Shown here: in pieces, positions 12,096 through 26,157 of the stretch
Layout: each line of letters begins with the position of its first letter
How positions within the stretch are numbered: the first letter of the stretch is position 1
DNA from: Octopus sinensis
Taxonomy: Eukaryota
Length of the DNA: 64,000 nucleotides
NCBI RefSeq assembly: GCF_006345805.1
Contig: NC_043003.1
Location: forward strand, 82,646,001 to 82,710,000
Reading direction: 5' to 3'
Made by a program: the position numbers and the translations under genes
Notes under the pieces: generated by a model
What the model saw: the letters and a program-made list of their open reading frames with translations, nothing else
What the model was told of the DNA's origin: nothing
The model's database searches: none

Positions 12096-14229
12096 TATTT
12101 TTTTCATATCATATTAAATATATTTACCTTCTATACCAGTCCTGCAACCCCCAGAACTTCCTCAACGTCACGCCAAACGAAAAAATTTAGTAGTAAATTC
12201 TTTTTGTTGTGCATCTCGCCTGTCATGTCTCTTGCACCAGTTGCTTACATGAAATCATAGGATGTTACTATAGTCACTTATAGTCACAATTTACTTTCAT
12301 TTTATAAGGACAACGTATTTTCTTTTTTGCGGCGGTAAACTACATGTTAACTCCTCATTTTGCCAACCTCATATGTAGCATTATTTCTTATCTTGCTATT
12401 TTCAATGATAGTAAGATTCCTTGTGAATATTTCGCAAGTATTTTGAAAGCTATATGATTTAGCGAATTCTAGATTCACTTTTGTCAATCATAATGGCATC
12501 TCCCGGGATGCTAGTCAGAGTCAATTTTGGGGGAAAGAGTCGTTTTGTTAATAACACAGGTCTTTTGCAACGCAGATGTGATATTGTGACGAGTTTATTT
12601 TGATTTAAGGTCATGTGAGTGAAACAGTGATGTTGGTAAAAGCAACAATAACGGTGAATGCACCAAAAGATAATTTGGTTATCTTCATTTATAATAAATG
12701 TCTCAGGTTCTCCCTATGCTACGTTAATAATTAAGCGATGCTGTTGAAAAATGAAAATATAAAGATATCTACAATGATAACCTACTCTTATGCACTAACT
12801 TATTTGTTGTGGTCATTCAAGGTAGCTAAGTTATTTTAGTTTCATTTTCATTTCTATTTCTCTTAATATGTCTCTAAAAACAAAAGGTCGCCTAAATTTT
12901 CGAAAATTTTTTAATGATTTTGCTTTCCGTTAATATTTTTCGATTCTTTTTCAAATGTTTAAAAATGTATCTGTCTTAATTTTTTTTTTTTGATGTATTA
13001 TCGTTTTGTTGTTACTGTTATTTTGTGTTATTTTCTTAAAAGGAAATATAAATTTGTCATTCGCAAAAAAATTTTGTAATGACAGTGATTTAGTACCTGC
13101 CACTGTTGCTGGTGCAATTCTGCAATTTTTTCTTCCAGTTATGCTAATCTCTATCTTTCAAATTGTCTATACCCGCTATCACTGTCAAATACTAGTTATT
13201 TCAGCTGCGGTCTACTAACATAAGTACCTATCTGACTATACATAGGCAGATGTATTTTAATAAAATAGAAAGAGTCAAAAGAAGAAATAAATCCAAGGAT
13301 CATAACTAATAGTAATACATCTTAATTGCTATCCAAAATGCCCTCTTCCTTCGCAAAATGATTAGCGCCAGTGCATCTACAAATATATAAAACTGGCTTA
13401 AGGTTACCTGCTCTACGCGCGGGTAACAGTGTGGTTGTTACTTTCTGTTGCTTCCTTTCTGTTTTTTATAACCACAGTTTCCCTCTTTGTTTCTCTATCC
13501 TTTCTCTCTCACTTTCCAACTCTCTTACTCTTCCTTTCTGTCGGACTCTCCCTCGCTGTCTCTTACTCTCTATCTTTATCTATCTCTCTCCCATTTATAA
13601 ACAACAGAAGATCTTGAGTAAGTTGAGAAAGAAAATATTTTCAAAAAATCAATCATAAATATCAGCCAGTCACAACGGAAAGGTCTGTTCCAAGGCAGAC
13701 AGCAAAACACTAACATTTAAAAGGGACAAAGTTTGAAAGGATAGAATCTGGGGATAGTACAGTCACCATGGCTGGCATTTCTTAACGACGGACAGTGTCA
13801 GTTTAACGCCTGGCGTAAAATTTTGAACTTGAGGTAAAAGAAAATTCCTAAACACCAAGTTTTGAATTGATTCTTTCTCACGACATGGCAAGCATTAAAA
13901 ACTTCTTCATCGTGGACGGCAACACATTGAAGATTTAAAGGCTGGCGCAAATCTTTTAGCTTGATGTAACAGAGAATTCCTAAACACCCGCTCCAGTAAA
14001 TTTTAATCTCCTTCCATCCCTATCAAGACTACTTTTCACATTTTGATTAATATAACCCGATTTCATTCGGGTCTACTCTAAGATGAGGAATTTCGTCCTA
14101 GAGGTCACGCCTTTCATTTGAGGAAAAAAATAGTTGGCTTGCAAACTCGCCAGCACTTTTAACATAGGTGCGCATATTTTCAGCTCCACTGACCACATAA
14201 TGCACACACACACACACTCACACACACAC

Positions 14230-14297
<68 letters not shown>

Positions 14298-14334
14298 ACA
14301 TATATACGCATTATATATACAAATGTGTACTAAT

Positions 14335-14368
<34 letters not shown>

Positions 14369-15439
14369 TAAATACAGATATATACACCTTGTATATATAC
14401 ATTATATATACATATTTATATATAGAACACACACACACTTATATATAAATTAACCCAATAAATATCTGATTCATAAAATTTGTTCTCATGATTGTGTGGT
14501 GGTCGTGGCGACAATAATTCTCTCTATGAATGCAAACAGACGTAGAAAGAGAGGGGGGGATGTGGAAGAAAGCGTCAAAGCGGCGGGGGAAAGATAGTAG
14601 ACACTGTCAAACGACGTTATAGAGAGAAATTGAAAGGAAGGGAGGAAAGAGAGAGAAAAGAAGGAAGACGGGCAGATAAGAGAATGAGAGAAGACTTGTC
14701 AAAGTGTGCGTTTTTTGCCCTACTAACCACACCTTTTAAGATAGGGATTTCTAACCTAGCCCACCCACATCCTCACCGCATTTTACATGTCCCTGTAAAT
14801 TGTGGAGTCAATCCGACGGGATCTAGTTGCCTTTAACCCGTTCCAATGCCAAAACCAGACAAACAAACTTTTCGCATTCCAGATTTATAGATATTGATTA
14901 AAAGTATTGTATGCTCCAATATTGTCATTGCTTGAATTTTAGAAAGATCTAAAATATAACATTTCTTCTCAAATTATATTTTCTGAAACGTCTCTTACAA
15001 CTTTTCGTTTCCATGAAAGTGAAATATAATTTTTAGGAAAAGTAACTTCATAGAAACGAAATCCTTAATTTGTAATCGTTGATTCGCTGTTAATCACTTG
15101 AATTCTTCTCTATTAATTTCTGATTAACCTTAACAACAGATATGCTTATCTGGCAAATATATAGGTTTAACAGAAGTATTCATAAATTACCTGACTTTGT
15201 ATACCAGTAGCAGGATTAAGTGAAGTGATTCTGCTTCTGTTATTAGTTCCAGCTCTCTTTCGTTTTGAAATTATTATTTTTTTTGCTTCTATTCACATTA
15301 TATCGCAAGGATATCTAAGAATCAACTGTTTGGAGCTCAGAAAAGAAAACTTTCTATAGAAAAAAAGGGTAAAATACTGCTGTATTAGCAAAGACACAAC
15401 TTCTTATTTGTCTTTGCATCGAATTTGTCTTTGCATCGA

Positions 15440-17480
15440 AAGAGGAAACCCTGAAGCCAGTGATGAATCAGTACCATTTGTCCCTTTTGAGGAAAATAGT
15501 CGCACACCAAAGCATATCTACAGAAAAAGGGAAGAATGTATCAACTCAAATAATTGAAGATGAAGAATCATTGTATCCGACTGTCATAGATACTTAACTG
15601 ACATCATAAGATGTATCCTCAGTCATGTCGTTTTTAGCCAGAGAGAAGGAAAGGTATGTGTCCATGTTCTTTCAGGCAAAAATCAACTAACATAAAATCA
15701 ACCTGATTTCTACCCATTATCTCGACGTAATTATGATTTAGGCGAAGGGAGTTGGAAAAACAATTCCAGGAAACAAGAAACACTTGACTGAAGTATTGTG
15801 TAGTGTTCAATCTGTAACAATATTTCAAGCCGCAAGATGTCTGGCATTGAGAGGTAGTGAATAGGAAAGAATCTCTAAGCACAATGAAACATTTCTGGCA
15901 AATATGGAAGAATTTGGTCCATTACTAATGGGCTATTGAAAACATTTGGCAATCACGGAAGTGGCAAGCGGTCATTATCACATACCATCAACAAACAGAG
16001 CTTTCTGTTGATGGCAAAATATGTTAAGGATCATATTCTAGCAGAACTTAAAACTACCAAATATTTCTCAGTTTCTATATATTCAACAACTCAGAAGCTA
16101 GTGATGAATCAGCCGCACACCAAAGCATATCTACAGAAAACAGGAAGAATGTATCAACTGAAATTATTGAAGATGAAGTATCCTCGTATCCCACTGCCAT
16201 AGATAGTTAACCGACATCATGGGATGTATACGTAGTCATATCGTTTTCAGCCAGAGAGTGGGAAAGGTATGTGTCCATGTTCTTTCAGGCAAAATCAGCC
16301 TAGCAGTTGACCAGCGAACAGTTATTGTGCGTTATGTTATTTCTGGGAAGCCGATAGAGAGGATTATCGCTTTCTTGGTCCTTACAAAGCAGAAGTACTG
16401 AAAACAACTTTGTTAAAAGTTCCTTAAAAAACAGTGCGTAAATTTTGTAGAATTCAAGGGGCAGTCTTATGACAACGCGTGTAATATCAACTGTCACTAC
16501 ACAAGAATGCAAATCAGACTCAAAGAAAAGACCTCGGCTGCAGTTTTCATTCCTTGTGTTGATTATTTGTTGAATCTTATGGGAGAAACTGTTCAGACTA
16601 CTGTTTGTTGCTGTTGAAGTCGTTAGCTATTTTGGTAGTCATAGTAAAAATTTATACACGTTTTATTCTGTGTCGGCACACAGATGGACTAATTGAATTA
16701 AATCTTTGGAAGGTAGGTTAGCGAGAGCTCATTTTACTGAAGCCTTCAAAATGCACTCAGAGATATCGAAGATGATTAGGAACAAACAGCAGAAGCAAGA
16801 TATGAATCTCATACAGACACTGGCAGATAAAATAGTTTGTATTGAAACCATTTTAATCGCTAAGAACTGGAATATAATTCCTGCACAGTTTTAACGTACA
16901 GATAAAGCATTTCAAGGAACTGGAGTTGATCTGAATAAAGTAATGGATCGTACCGATTCTTTGGATAGCTTTCTGAAGCCATTTCGAGATAGGTATGTAG
17001 AATTGAGATGGTTGCCAAGAACAATGTGTGCAAACAGTAAAACAGTATAAAGCAACAAGAGGTAGAATAAGGAGAAATAAACATGATGTGAACCCAGCAT
17101 CAGCTTCAGAGGAAGTTTTCCTTTCTAAAAGAGTAAAATGTAGATACAGATCATTCAATGTTATTTTAGATCAGTTGTTTTCGTCTTACAAAGTTGCAGT
17201 GTAGGCCTTTGAATTAGTGCATGACAGGTTTAAAATCATTGTCAACTTATGTAATTTACATGATTCAGTGGTAAGAATTGAAGCTTTTAGGACCTCACCA
17301 CACATTTGACTTGTAATCTTAGTGAGGTATTTATAATCATAGAAGAACTTGTACAGTTTGCAGCTGCTTTGTTTTAAAGCTCAGGCCGTTTTACCCCTTC
17401 TCAACAGGTACTTTTAATCCATAAATAAGGAATTGGTGAAACCTTTCCTACCGTTGATAAAGCTTGAGTTGTTCAGGAGA
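15440..17480 (+). mobile_element. Decayed hAT transposase (ZMYM1-like/DUF4371 type)
   Basis: Fragments 'GSGKRSLSHTI...LMAKYVKDHILAELKTTKYFSVSIYST', 'VDQRTVIVRYVISGKPIER' and 'GQSYDNA' are typical of this hAT group; many stops and frameshifts. Confidence 0.65.
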
Positions 17481-17879
17481 GAGGTCATACAGTAATTTTG
17501 GTTTCATAACGAATTATCCGAGGACCACGATTAACCATGAAAGATTAAATGTTCTGTATCTTTTGGACGTCGAGAGAAATGTTCTAAACTCATTACATAT
17601 TTTTTTTAAATCCCAAACGTAAGAGGAAAAGATTTTTGTAGATATTGTAATAGTATATAAAAGTAAGTTGGTAAAAGTTGCAGTACTTAGATTAGATGAT
17701 AAAATTATGCATTAACAGATACATTTAAACTTTCTCTGCTAACTTATCAAATTCAATTATGGGTAATAGAGGGGTTGATATCTGAAGTTAGTGATTTTCC
17801 AAGATTATAATTCTTGTGCATGAGGGGCCCATTAATCTTGAAGTGCCACGGGCATAGTTTAAATGAGGTCCTAAATTTG

Positions 17880-18200
17880 ATGGCGAAACGATCGTATCCA
17901 AAATTATAAATATTTCAAAGAGTTTATTCCAAGGTGATAGCGTTTCTGTAATTCAGTTCATTTTGAGCTTGTCATCATTCTGGTACAAAATCAAATGGCA
18001 ACATGCTTTGTGTGCAAGTTTGTAAGCATCCAGCAGGTAGATTTTGTTATACTTGCAGTAATTTATCAATAGAAGAGCAAAACAAACATACTCTGTAACA
18101 ACAACTACTAAAATGTGCGAGGCCTACAAGGATAAACCTTGAGCACTTCATTTCCCCTGCGAACTCTGCAAAAGAACTCTAGAAGGTATGATGGAAAAAT
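17880..18200 (+). mobile_element. R4/Dong-like RT remnant
   Basis: 'KIINISKSLFQGDSVS' resembles the '[12 protein letters not shown]' motif seen at 59247-59579. Confidence 0.4.
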
Positions 18201-18439
18201 TTGTATATTTGGATAGTGGAATTTTTAAGTGTAAAAATTTTGGATTTTTTCTATTTTGTTTCACTCTTTTTAACCAGTTTTATAGAAAATATATATACTA
18301 TATTTAATGAAAATGTAATATACAAAATCAAGTACATCTGTGATTGTAAATACATCTGTGATTGTAAATATTTCTTCATGGGTGGAAGATGATGAATGAT
18401 TGGGGAAACAAGTGTAATATATTTGTATTCTTATACTAT

Positions 18440-19245
18440 TTTTTTTGCTCTTTTGCAGGATGGTACAGAGGGGAAAAGAGAGCCATGAATTTGGAGAGAA
18501 CGAACTGATCCCTCGAACAACTGCTTCTTCTGCATGGCCGACCCTTCCAAACGTCTAGCTGACAAGAATGTACTTGCTATCATATATCCAGACATTCTCT
18601 CATCAAACACCCTAGTGCCACACTGCCATGAGCTCCCAGTACCCACTCCTCCAAAGAGAGAGCAGCCACCTTCAGATGAGAGCAACACACCACAAAAGGT
18701 TGAAATCGTTGGTCCAGATTTCAGAGGTGTAGCTAAAGAGAGAAGCCCATACTACCTCAGCTAAAAATACGTCAACGACCTCATCAGAGATCTTGGTCTC
18801 ACAAAGTCCAATGCTGAACTTTTGACATCGAGACTCCGGCAGCGGAATTTGTTACATGAAGGTGTGCAAGTCACAAGTCAGAGAAAGCACAACCAGTATT
18901 TTATAAGTATTTTCACCAGTCAAGATGGGCTTTGCTTCTGCCACAATCTGACTGGTCTGTTTGAGGCTATTGGAATCACTTGTAACCCCAGCGAGTGGTG
19001 CATCTTTATTGACAGCTCATCTAAGAGCCTCAAAGCCATGCTACTTCACAACGGGAATATGTATCCATCTCTTCCTCCGGCTCACTCAGTGCAGCTCAAA
19101 GAGGAATACAGCAGCGTGAAGATCTAGCAATCCTAGAATAAATTAATGCCACTTTTGAATTACATGTTGTCTTGATCCTACTTTCAACGAATAGGAATGT
19201 TCACATTTGCCGGTTTTCCCAGTGGTATTAGTTAAACTTAACAAA
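18440..19245 (+). mobile_element. Internally deleted copy of a widespread DNA-transposon-type gene family (superfamily not assigned)
   Basis: ORFs 18534-18764 and 18822-19127 give 'DLIRDLGLTKSNAELLTSRL' and 'FIDSSSKSLKAMLLHNGN..PSLP.AHSV.LKEEY', motifs I recognise from a multicopy transposon-derived family; stops present; possible intron acceptor ttttgcag at 18451-18458. Confidence 0.55.
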
Positions 19246-19309
19246 TATCTTTATCCTGGCCACAAAAACAAAATTTGAAGCAAACAAAATTCATGCTTTC
19301 TAGACCTAA

Positions 19310-19700
19310 TCAAATAGGAAATAGCATATGTTTCACAAAGACAAAAATTTTATTACATAATGTAAACAACATATACTTGTAGATATACGACACCTTTTCC
19401 CGCAACCAAATTCCTTTCATTTCGAAGATAGAGTAAATATCTGATGTCAGAAGTACATTGAGATTGAATACGGTGCCTCCTGTTTGTGAAATGAACTTCT
19501 TAAACCCAAAGAAATGCCTGTGCATATGCTCCTCAATTATTCCTCAGCTCCTAAAATGGTTTGTTTTGCTTTTTCACGCCGGAAGAATTTAGTACGAATT
19601 TATTCCAAAATGCCACGATAGCCAGAGCTGGAATGTGTTGTTCATAAGTCTTTTTAGCTAGTGTTTCCCAGGGCTAAACAACACCAAAATGCATTGTCTT
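19310..19700 (-). mobile_element. Possible hAT C-terminal dimerisation-domain remnant
   Basis: Weak manual similarity only ('FWNKF', 'NRRHRIQ...SDIRYLL'). Confidence 0.25.
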
Positions 19701-20559
19701 CCGTACTGATGAAAATATTTCCTTGAAGCCATATTGTATGTCAAGCTATTTAATGCATTGCATGCGTTATTCGAAGGAAAGAAAAATGCACAAACTGTTA
19801 CAAGTTATTGAAGTTTTGCCAGCTTAAATATGAACAAAATATTTAATTTAGAACACGTTAACAGTTAATAGTTTTGTTGCTTATGGCTATTTAAGCTTAT
19901 GTTCAATAATTCTCTTTTCCTCACGACATACCTTACAGAAGGTTTACTATTTCACTGACAGTTGACAGAATTTTCCTTTTATAAGAGTGAAATGCGCAAT
20001 GTAATGGTGCAGTTGCTGCAATTAAAATAGATTTACAATACATTTTCTGGATGCGTTGCATTTGTGTTGTGGGCTGATGTTACATCAATAGCTGGCCTAT
20101 AACTTCTATCGTTAACTGTTTTTTTGTGTGTGTGTTTGGTTCTTGCATATTTTACTATTCCATAGGATGTACTGTATATGGACTTACCTGTTTTTCTATT
20201 CATATCACCTTAGATATATTAGCTACAAGTGCAGAGGAAAGTACCTCGGGCTTCATCGATCTGTTAGAAACAGTAATCAACTACTCCTGATATCAAAGGC
20301 TAAGACACTACATTCATAACGATTTAAGTACATATCCTGTAATGTAGTTATATAGGTGTGTATGAATGTTTCGATGTGTGTGTATGTTCCGTGTTTATGT
20401 ATCTCTAGAATGAAATGAAACAAAGTATGATCATGAATAGAATATCACTGATGAAATGAAAATGCCATGACCTGGCGTTAAATATTGACATCAGATTTAT
20501 AAGTCTTTGAGGCATAACTTTTGCTGTCAATTGCACCGAAGCTCGTAAGTCGTGTAAAG

Positions 20560-21150
20560 GACTACTTTGAATATGGCTTTCGTCTGGTAGACATTGCAGG
20601 ATTAAAATCGGTTATGATACAGTAAATATGCTGCTTTCAGCCCATCAGGGGAAGTGTTAGGGCCCGAATGGTGATTTCTACGCCCTCTCCGACTTTACCA
20701 AATCATTTCCTTTTGTTAGCAGTGAATGTTCTCGGAGAAATAATGACCATGTACGCGCGTTCTTCCAATTTCCATGACATAGTTATTTCACGGGAGAATC
20801 GAGGACGAAGAAGCAACAATAATTTTGAAAGCACAAGTGATGTTAAACAAGGCTGTTTGCTCGAAGCCAAGCTTTTTAGAATACTATTTTCTGTCATGCT
20901 GACTGATGCATTATGGAACGAACGGAATATCATGGCCTTACACCCTCGAACAACGGTAGATTATCTAATATGAAAACGTTCAGGGCAAAATCAAGGCGAG
21001 ATACGTTGTATACGGGAATATGTAGCTTTAATTCGTGATTAATTGAGTAGATGAGGTATGAGAATTGGCAGCTTCTAGCAGCATTAGAAAAAAGATGGAC
21101 AAAAGAGAAAGTTTGCTTATGAAGTGGGCACCTGGTGAATGCCAATCAGT
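20560..21150 (+). mobile_element. RTE-clade LINE RT remnant
   Basis: ORF 20668-20973 contains 'DVKQGCLLEAKLFRILFSVML', compare RTE 'GVKQGCVLAPTLF'. Confidence 0.6.
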
Positions 21151-23552
21151 CTGAAGGTATTGACCGTTTATCTAGTTTATATATCATCAGTTAATTAATG
21201 GCACCTTGCGTCTACATTACATATAGTATTTTGATATTGTGTTTTTGCTTATTTATGTGTTTGTATTTGTGAGTGATTACACGTAAGCAAACCGAACGTT
21301 TGGTGTTGAACGTACTCAATATTTAGCGTAGTCAAATACAATGTAAACTTTACGTTGACCGGATGTAAAAGTTTCGTATGATAGTTTGCTGAACAGTTAG
21401 GTATAAACCATGAAGGTAGATTCGGGTGTGTGTGTATGTGTGTGTGTGCGTGCGTGCGAGCGAGTATCTGTGTGAGAGAGAGAGAGAGAGATAAAGAGAA
21501 AGAGAGAGAGAGAGAAAGGGTAAGAGAGGGAGAATGAAAGTGTGTATAACGCCCACACTGGAAAATGTTTGAAATTGAATTCTAATATTAATATCCAAAA
21601 TACTTACATATCGTATCTATTCATGAAAATTATTATTTATATACATAGACATATTTTTAAAACTAGGGAAATTAAAATTCAAAATGGCCTTACCATTCTA
21701 TAGAAAGCGCCTACTACTTGTAACATCAGTTACTATCAAATAAAAGTGCGATTATATTATTATAAATGGCTGAATACGATTCGATATGTTGTCACACTTT
21801 GCTTTATAACGTGTTATCCTATTTGTCTGTGCCGTGTGGTTTTGAACTCAAAGCAGACAACGATATCACTCATTTTATCTGAAATAGAGCATCTTGCTTG
21901 ATTGAGAAGTGGCATTGACGAGACTCCTGAAAAGTTCAAACTTTCAGATAGTCTGAGGGTTGAGAATAATCCTGACTATTCTAGAACATTTTTTTTAAAC
22001 GATCATCATCTTAGTCTTGTGGTACTGAGAATCATATCTCGTTGCATGATAACTGAAGATCACCCGCTGTTATAAGGCATAACGTGGGAACCTACAAGCT
22101 GCTTACAAAGTCAAGGAGTTTTCCAGTGTTAAACACTTTTGCTAGATAAATGATATTTAGTGACATACATACAAGTATGGCATGAATAGGGAGACGCTTT
22201 GGGTGGAGTTAACTCACATAATTTGTCACTTGCATCCATCAAGAGAGAGAGAGAGAGACAATGTGAGAGAGAGAGAGTGAGAGAGATAGTGAGAGAGAGA
22301 GTGAAGTTGTAGGATAAGTGCCGCACTTCTGTAGGTTCTCTTCAATATTTTGTTAGAAGAACTAATTAAAATAGCTCATTTAAGTAAAATAAAATATATT
22401 CCTGTAATCCCAGAATGATTGAATAACATATATCAAAGGTCATTAGGAGGGGGAATTAACTTTGCTACTTTGAGAACACTCGTATCAACTAAATTGCATC
22501 CGGCCAAAACAGATGTTGACAGCATGTATGAAAAACACATAGCGAGTGAGAGGTTACAACTGCGTAACACAATTTGCCAATGAAAACAATTGTTTACGTT
22601 TATGTTATTTGTTTTCAATTGAAGATTCTTGAGAGATCAATGATTTTTAAATTATTCAGTTTCCAGGAACTGACGAACACAAACACACTTCCTCGGTGGC
22701 CTTTTCTAGTGAGAAGTAAATGTCAACATGCAAGTTGTAGCTCCAGCTTTAAAATGTCAAAAAGCTCAAATATTTTTATCCTTGTTAAAAGGAAATGAAA
22801 GAATAGCTAAAAGCAACACAAATGCATCACTTATAAGTACATTAGCTTTCTTTATTTTTTACTGACGTAAGCGAATAGACTGCTTTAGTTCTTACGAGTT
22901 TTCAAATTCTGCTTCGTTGTGCGTGAATATTTTATCTATGGGTTTCTATGCGAAGGAAGTAGGACATTTTCCTGAATATTTAGTGGATTGTGACTATACC
23001 GCTCTCTCTTTCCTTTTCACTCTCTCCCCATCCCGTTCTCTATTTTCTCTCTCTTTCTTTCTTTGTCTTGTCCAACACACATACGTATTATAACAGTCCA
23101 ACTAGCATTAAAGAGGTACATTAAATAATTCACTATCTACCATGTTACCAGTGAGCCATTGTATAAATAATTGGAGATTTGCTAACCCGCTGAATTGAGC
23201 TTAATTCTGCTCTCGAATGTTAAAGAAGCTAACTGGAAAAATTATATCGTATTGTATGTTGAATCTATTCAAGACGGAGTCCGGTATGGTGACATAACGA
23301 ATGTTAATTTTATTGTATGAAGACCATATACCGAAGCTGAAGTGGAAAGGAATATGAGCAGGAGTAGAGAAAAATATATAGGAAGAAGCGGAGTATGTAA
23401 AAGATAAACGACAAGAGGAGTAGGGATAGTGATGAGAAGATACGCAGGAAAATGAAGAAGGCAAAAAAGGAATTGGAAATGCATGGGAGGGAGGAAATTC
23501 TGAAAGGGAAAACTACGATAGTATTTGACGGAGATAAATTTGGATGGAAATA

Positions 23553-23559
<7 letters not shown>

Positions 23560-23604
<45 letters not shown>

Positions 23605-23656
23605 GGTGGTGGTGGTGGTGGTGGTGGTGGTGGTGGTGATGTTGGTGGTGGTGGTG

Positions 23657-23697
<41 letters not shown>

Positions 23698-23815
23698 CGG
23701 CAGCAGCAGCAACATCAGCAGCAGTAGTAGTAGTAGTGGTGGTGGTGGTGGTGGTGGGAAGATGAAGAAGAAGAAGAAGAAGAAGAGCGAAGTCGACGAC
23801 GATGATGGTATTGGG
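23560..23815. repeat. Compound trinucleotide microsatellite (TAG/TGG/CAG/GAA)n
   Basis: Directly visible; explains several homopolymeric ORFs in the track. Confidence 0.95.
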
Positions 23816-24234
23816 GGCTGTTGGAGGTGGGAGTGATGAGGGTAAGAAGGAGAAGAACAACCATAAAGAAATATTACCAACATTCTCATCAATTACATGT
23901 TGTTAAAAATACGTAGAATTAATTACTTTTGAAGTAAAATCTTGATTATGCTACATATAATTGCTGAGTATGTCGAGGACTGGAAATTCATCTTAGCACA
24001 TATGAAAAATAACTCGAAATGTTAATCCTAGTAAAAGCTGACAAAATGCTGTTTCGAAATCAATACTTTCCAGAGGAAAAATTTTATTGCGGTCAATTTT
24101 AAACTTAGTATTGGAATATCATTTGTTTACGTCATTCCGGTATGGATAAAACTGATGATAGCGGGTAGTTCTAACTGTATTATTCATGTTTCAATGGACT
24201 ATAATTTTACATCACCTGTGTCTATGTATATATA

Positions 24235-24266
<32 letters not shown>

Positions 24267-24438
24267 CATATATATTTATGTATAAATATATGTGATCACG
24301 TGACTGACTAGGCTATGTTGCTACACATCGCTGGTCACAATGCGCTTCGCATTGTTTTAGCCTTCAAATGACGCCATCCCGCTGGCTAAGCGAGCAGGCC
24401 AATATATATATGTATGTATATATATATACATATATACA

Positions 24439-24506
<68 letters not shown>

Positions 24507-24553
24507 CATATATATATATATGTATATATATAAATATATACACATACATGCAT

Positions 24554-24611
<58 letters not shown>

Positions 24612-24727
24612 ATATTTCGGAATGGTTGGTTTGCCAGGTTAGCTAATAAAAACATACACACTATATATTTGGTGTTACTTTGCTTCAGTGTTAGTTATTT
24701 TTTACATTAATCTTAATCTTATTTCGG

Positions 24728-24767
24728 CCAGAGTTCTTTCGTCACATTCCTGTGACCGTATCAGTGG
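24728..24767 (-). ncRNA. Degenerate minimal hammerhead motif
   Basis: cca-CTGATAC-g-gtcac(aggaat)gtgac-GAAA-g(aa)c-TC-tgg: stems I/II and GAAA intact, core positions 8-9 altered. Confidence 0.5.
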
Positions 24768-24835
24768 TCTTTTGTTTTCTTCTTTCTTATTTAACCGTAA
24801 AGAGAGACACAAATAAGAAAGAAGAAAATAAAGAA

Positions 24836-24875
24836 CCACTGATGCGGTCACAGGAGTGTGACGACAGAACTCTTG
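24836..24875 (+). ncRNA. Degenerate minimal hammerhead motif (mirror arm)
   Basis: cca-CTGATGC-g-gtcac(aggagt)gtgac-GACA-gaac-TC-ttg: different lesions from the left arm. Confidence 0.4.
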
Positions 24876-25069
24876 CCGAAATAAGAATAAGATTAATGTA
24901 AAAAATAAATAACACTGAAGCAAAGTAACACCAAATATATAGTGCGTGTGTTTGCTAAACTGGCAAAATGATCATTCCGAAATATAACAATATCAGTTTC
25001 AACACACCACTTCACATAAAAAATCTTGCACAACAAATATATAAACGTATATATGTATATGTATATATA

Positions 25070-25154
<85 letters not shown>

Positions 25155-25858
25155 TATATACACATACGTACATATGAAGAGAAAGGGATAGACAGGCAGG
25201 TGTGTGTATGCAGACAATGTCATTGACTAAATGTTTCTTTAAAAGCTAATGGCCATGACATTAGTGGACATACTTGATCTGCAATAAGGAATGCAGTTCA
25301 GCTGGTTAAAAGCATTTTAAACAATCTCTGTCGCTTCCTCACATAAATGTTGCTCACTGTAGAGAAAATCCACTGAAATCCTAAAATTTTAATTGAGATG
25401 CTTATAATATACTCATGTATATTATAAGCGAATGGTAGTATATTTTGAAATATCAGTTATATTTCCCGCTCGGAGAAACAGGTCTAAATATCACCAATGT
25501 CAAATAAGTCAGCTTCTAAATGACAAACATTTTGTTAATTCAAATCAATATTAATACGTTACACTTTATTTCAACAATTCACTGTAATCCCGCTGTACAT
25601 GTTTTGGCTTTATTATTCATTAACATCTAAAATTGACACCAGTTAACACATTTAGAAGAGTGCCTACGTTGACAAAAGTGTTCCCAGTACTAAATGTCTA
25701 CAGCCACTTATCAATAAATTTGAAGTCTAAGGATTTTATCTCAGAATTTAGAGCGCTATCTAAATACAGCAAACATTTTTACCTCGCATTCCAATGTTCC
25801 AGCCATTCATCTCACTCGTAATCTGAAACTAATACATAGAATTCTCTTACTGACCTCT

Positions 25859-26157
25859 GTTCTATGTTGCTCTGTCAAATAAGAGATGTACCTACTACAC
25901 TAATAAATAACAGAGAACAGTTAAAACGAAAGGTAAATATAGCAGACGTCATAGTTTTATACACATGAGATATGATCTGTTTCAAATGCAGGTTTTGTCA
26001 TCCTGATACTAACTTATAACTGATACATTTGTTAAAACCTTGTACTGTGAACAACATAACCTCTATTTCAACGCAGCATATTTGTTTGCTTTCATTTTGG
26101 CAGAGATGCGGAAATAAGTCCATGAAACTTAATCGATGTTGTATCATCAGTTCATTT
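25859..26157 (+). repeat. ~300-bp direct repeat, copy 1
   Basis: Highly similar to 27698-27996 by direct reading. Confidence 0.9.

Larger units (their letters stand above)
24604..24993. mobile_element. Imperfect palindrome, probable inverted Penelope-type terminal repeat
   Basis: Arms 24604-24792 and 24811-24993 are reverse complements with substitutions and small indels; 18-nt spacer; (TA)n on the left; degenerate HHR in each arm. Confidence 0.65.

Noticed and set aside
14075-14110. Minus-strand GGACGAAA resembling an HHR 3' core
   Set aside because: No CUGANGA partner or stem II upstream.
22420-22580. ~54-codon stop-free frame (LNNIYQRSLGGGINF...)
   Set aside because: No recognisable homology or convincing splice sites; expected by chance.
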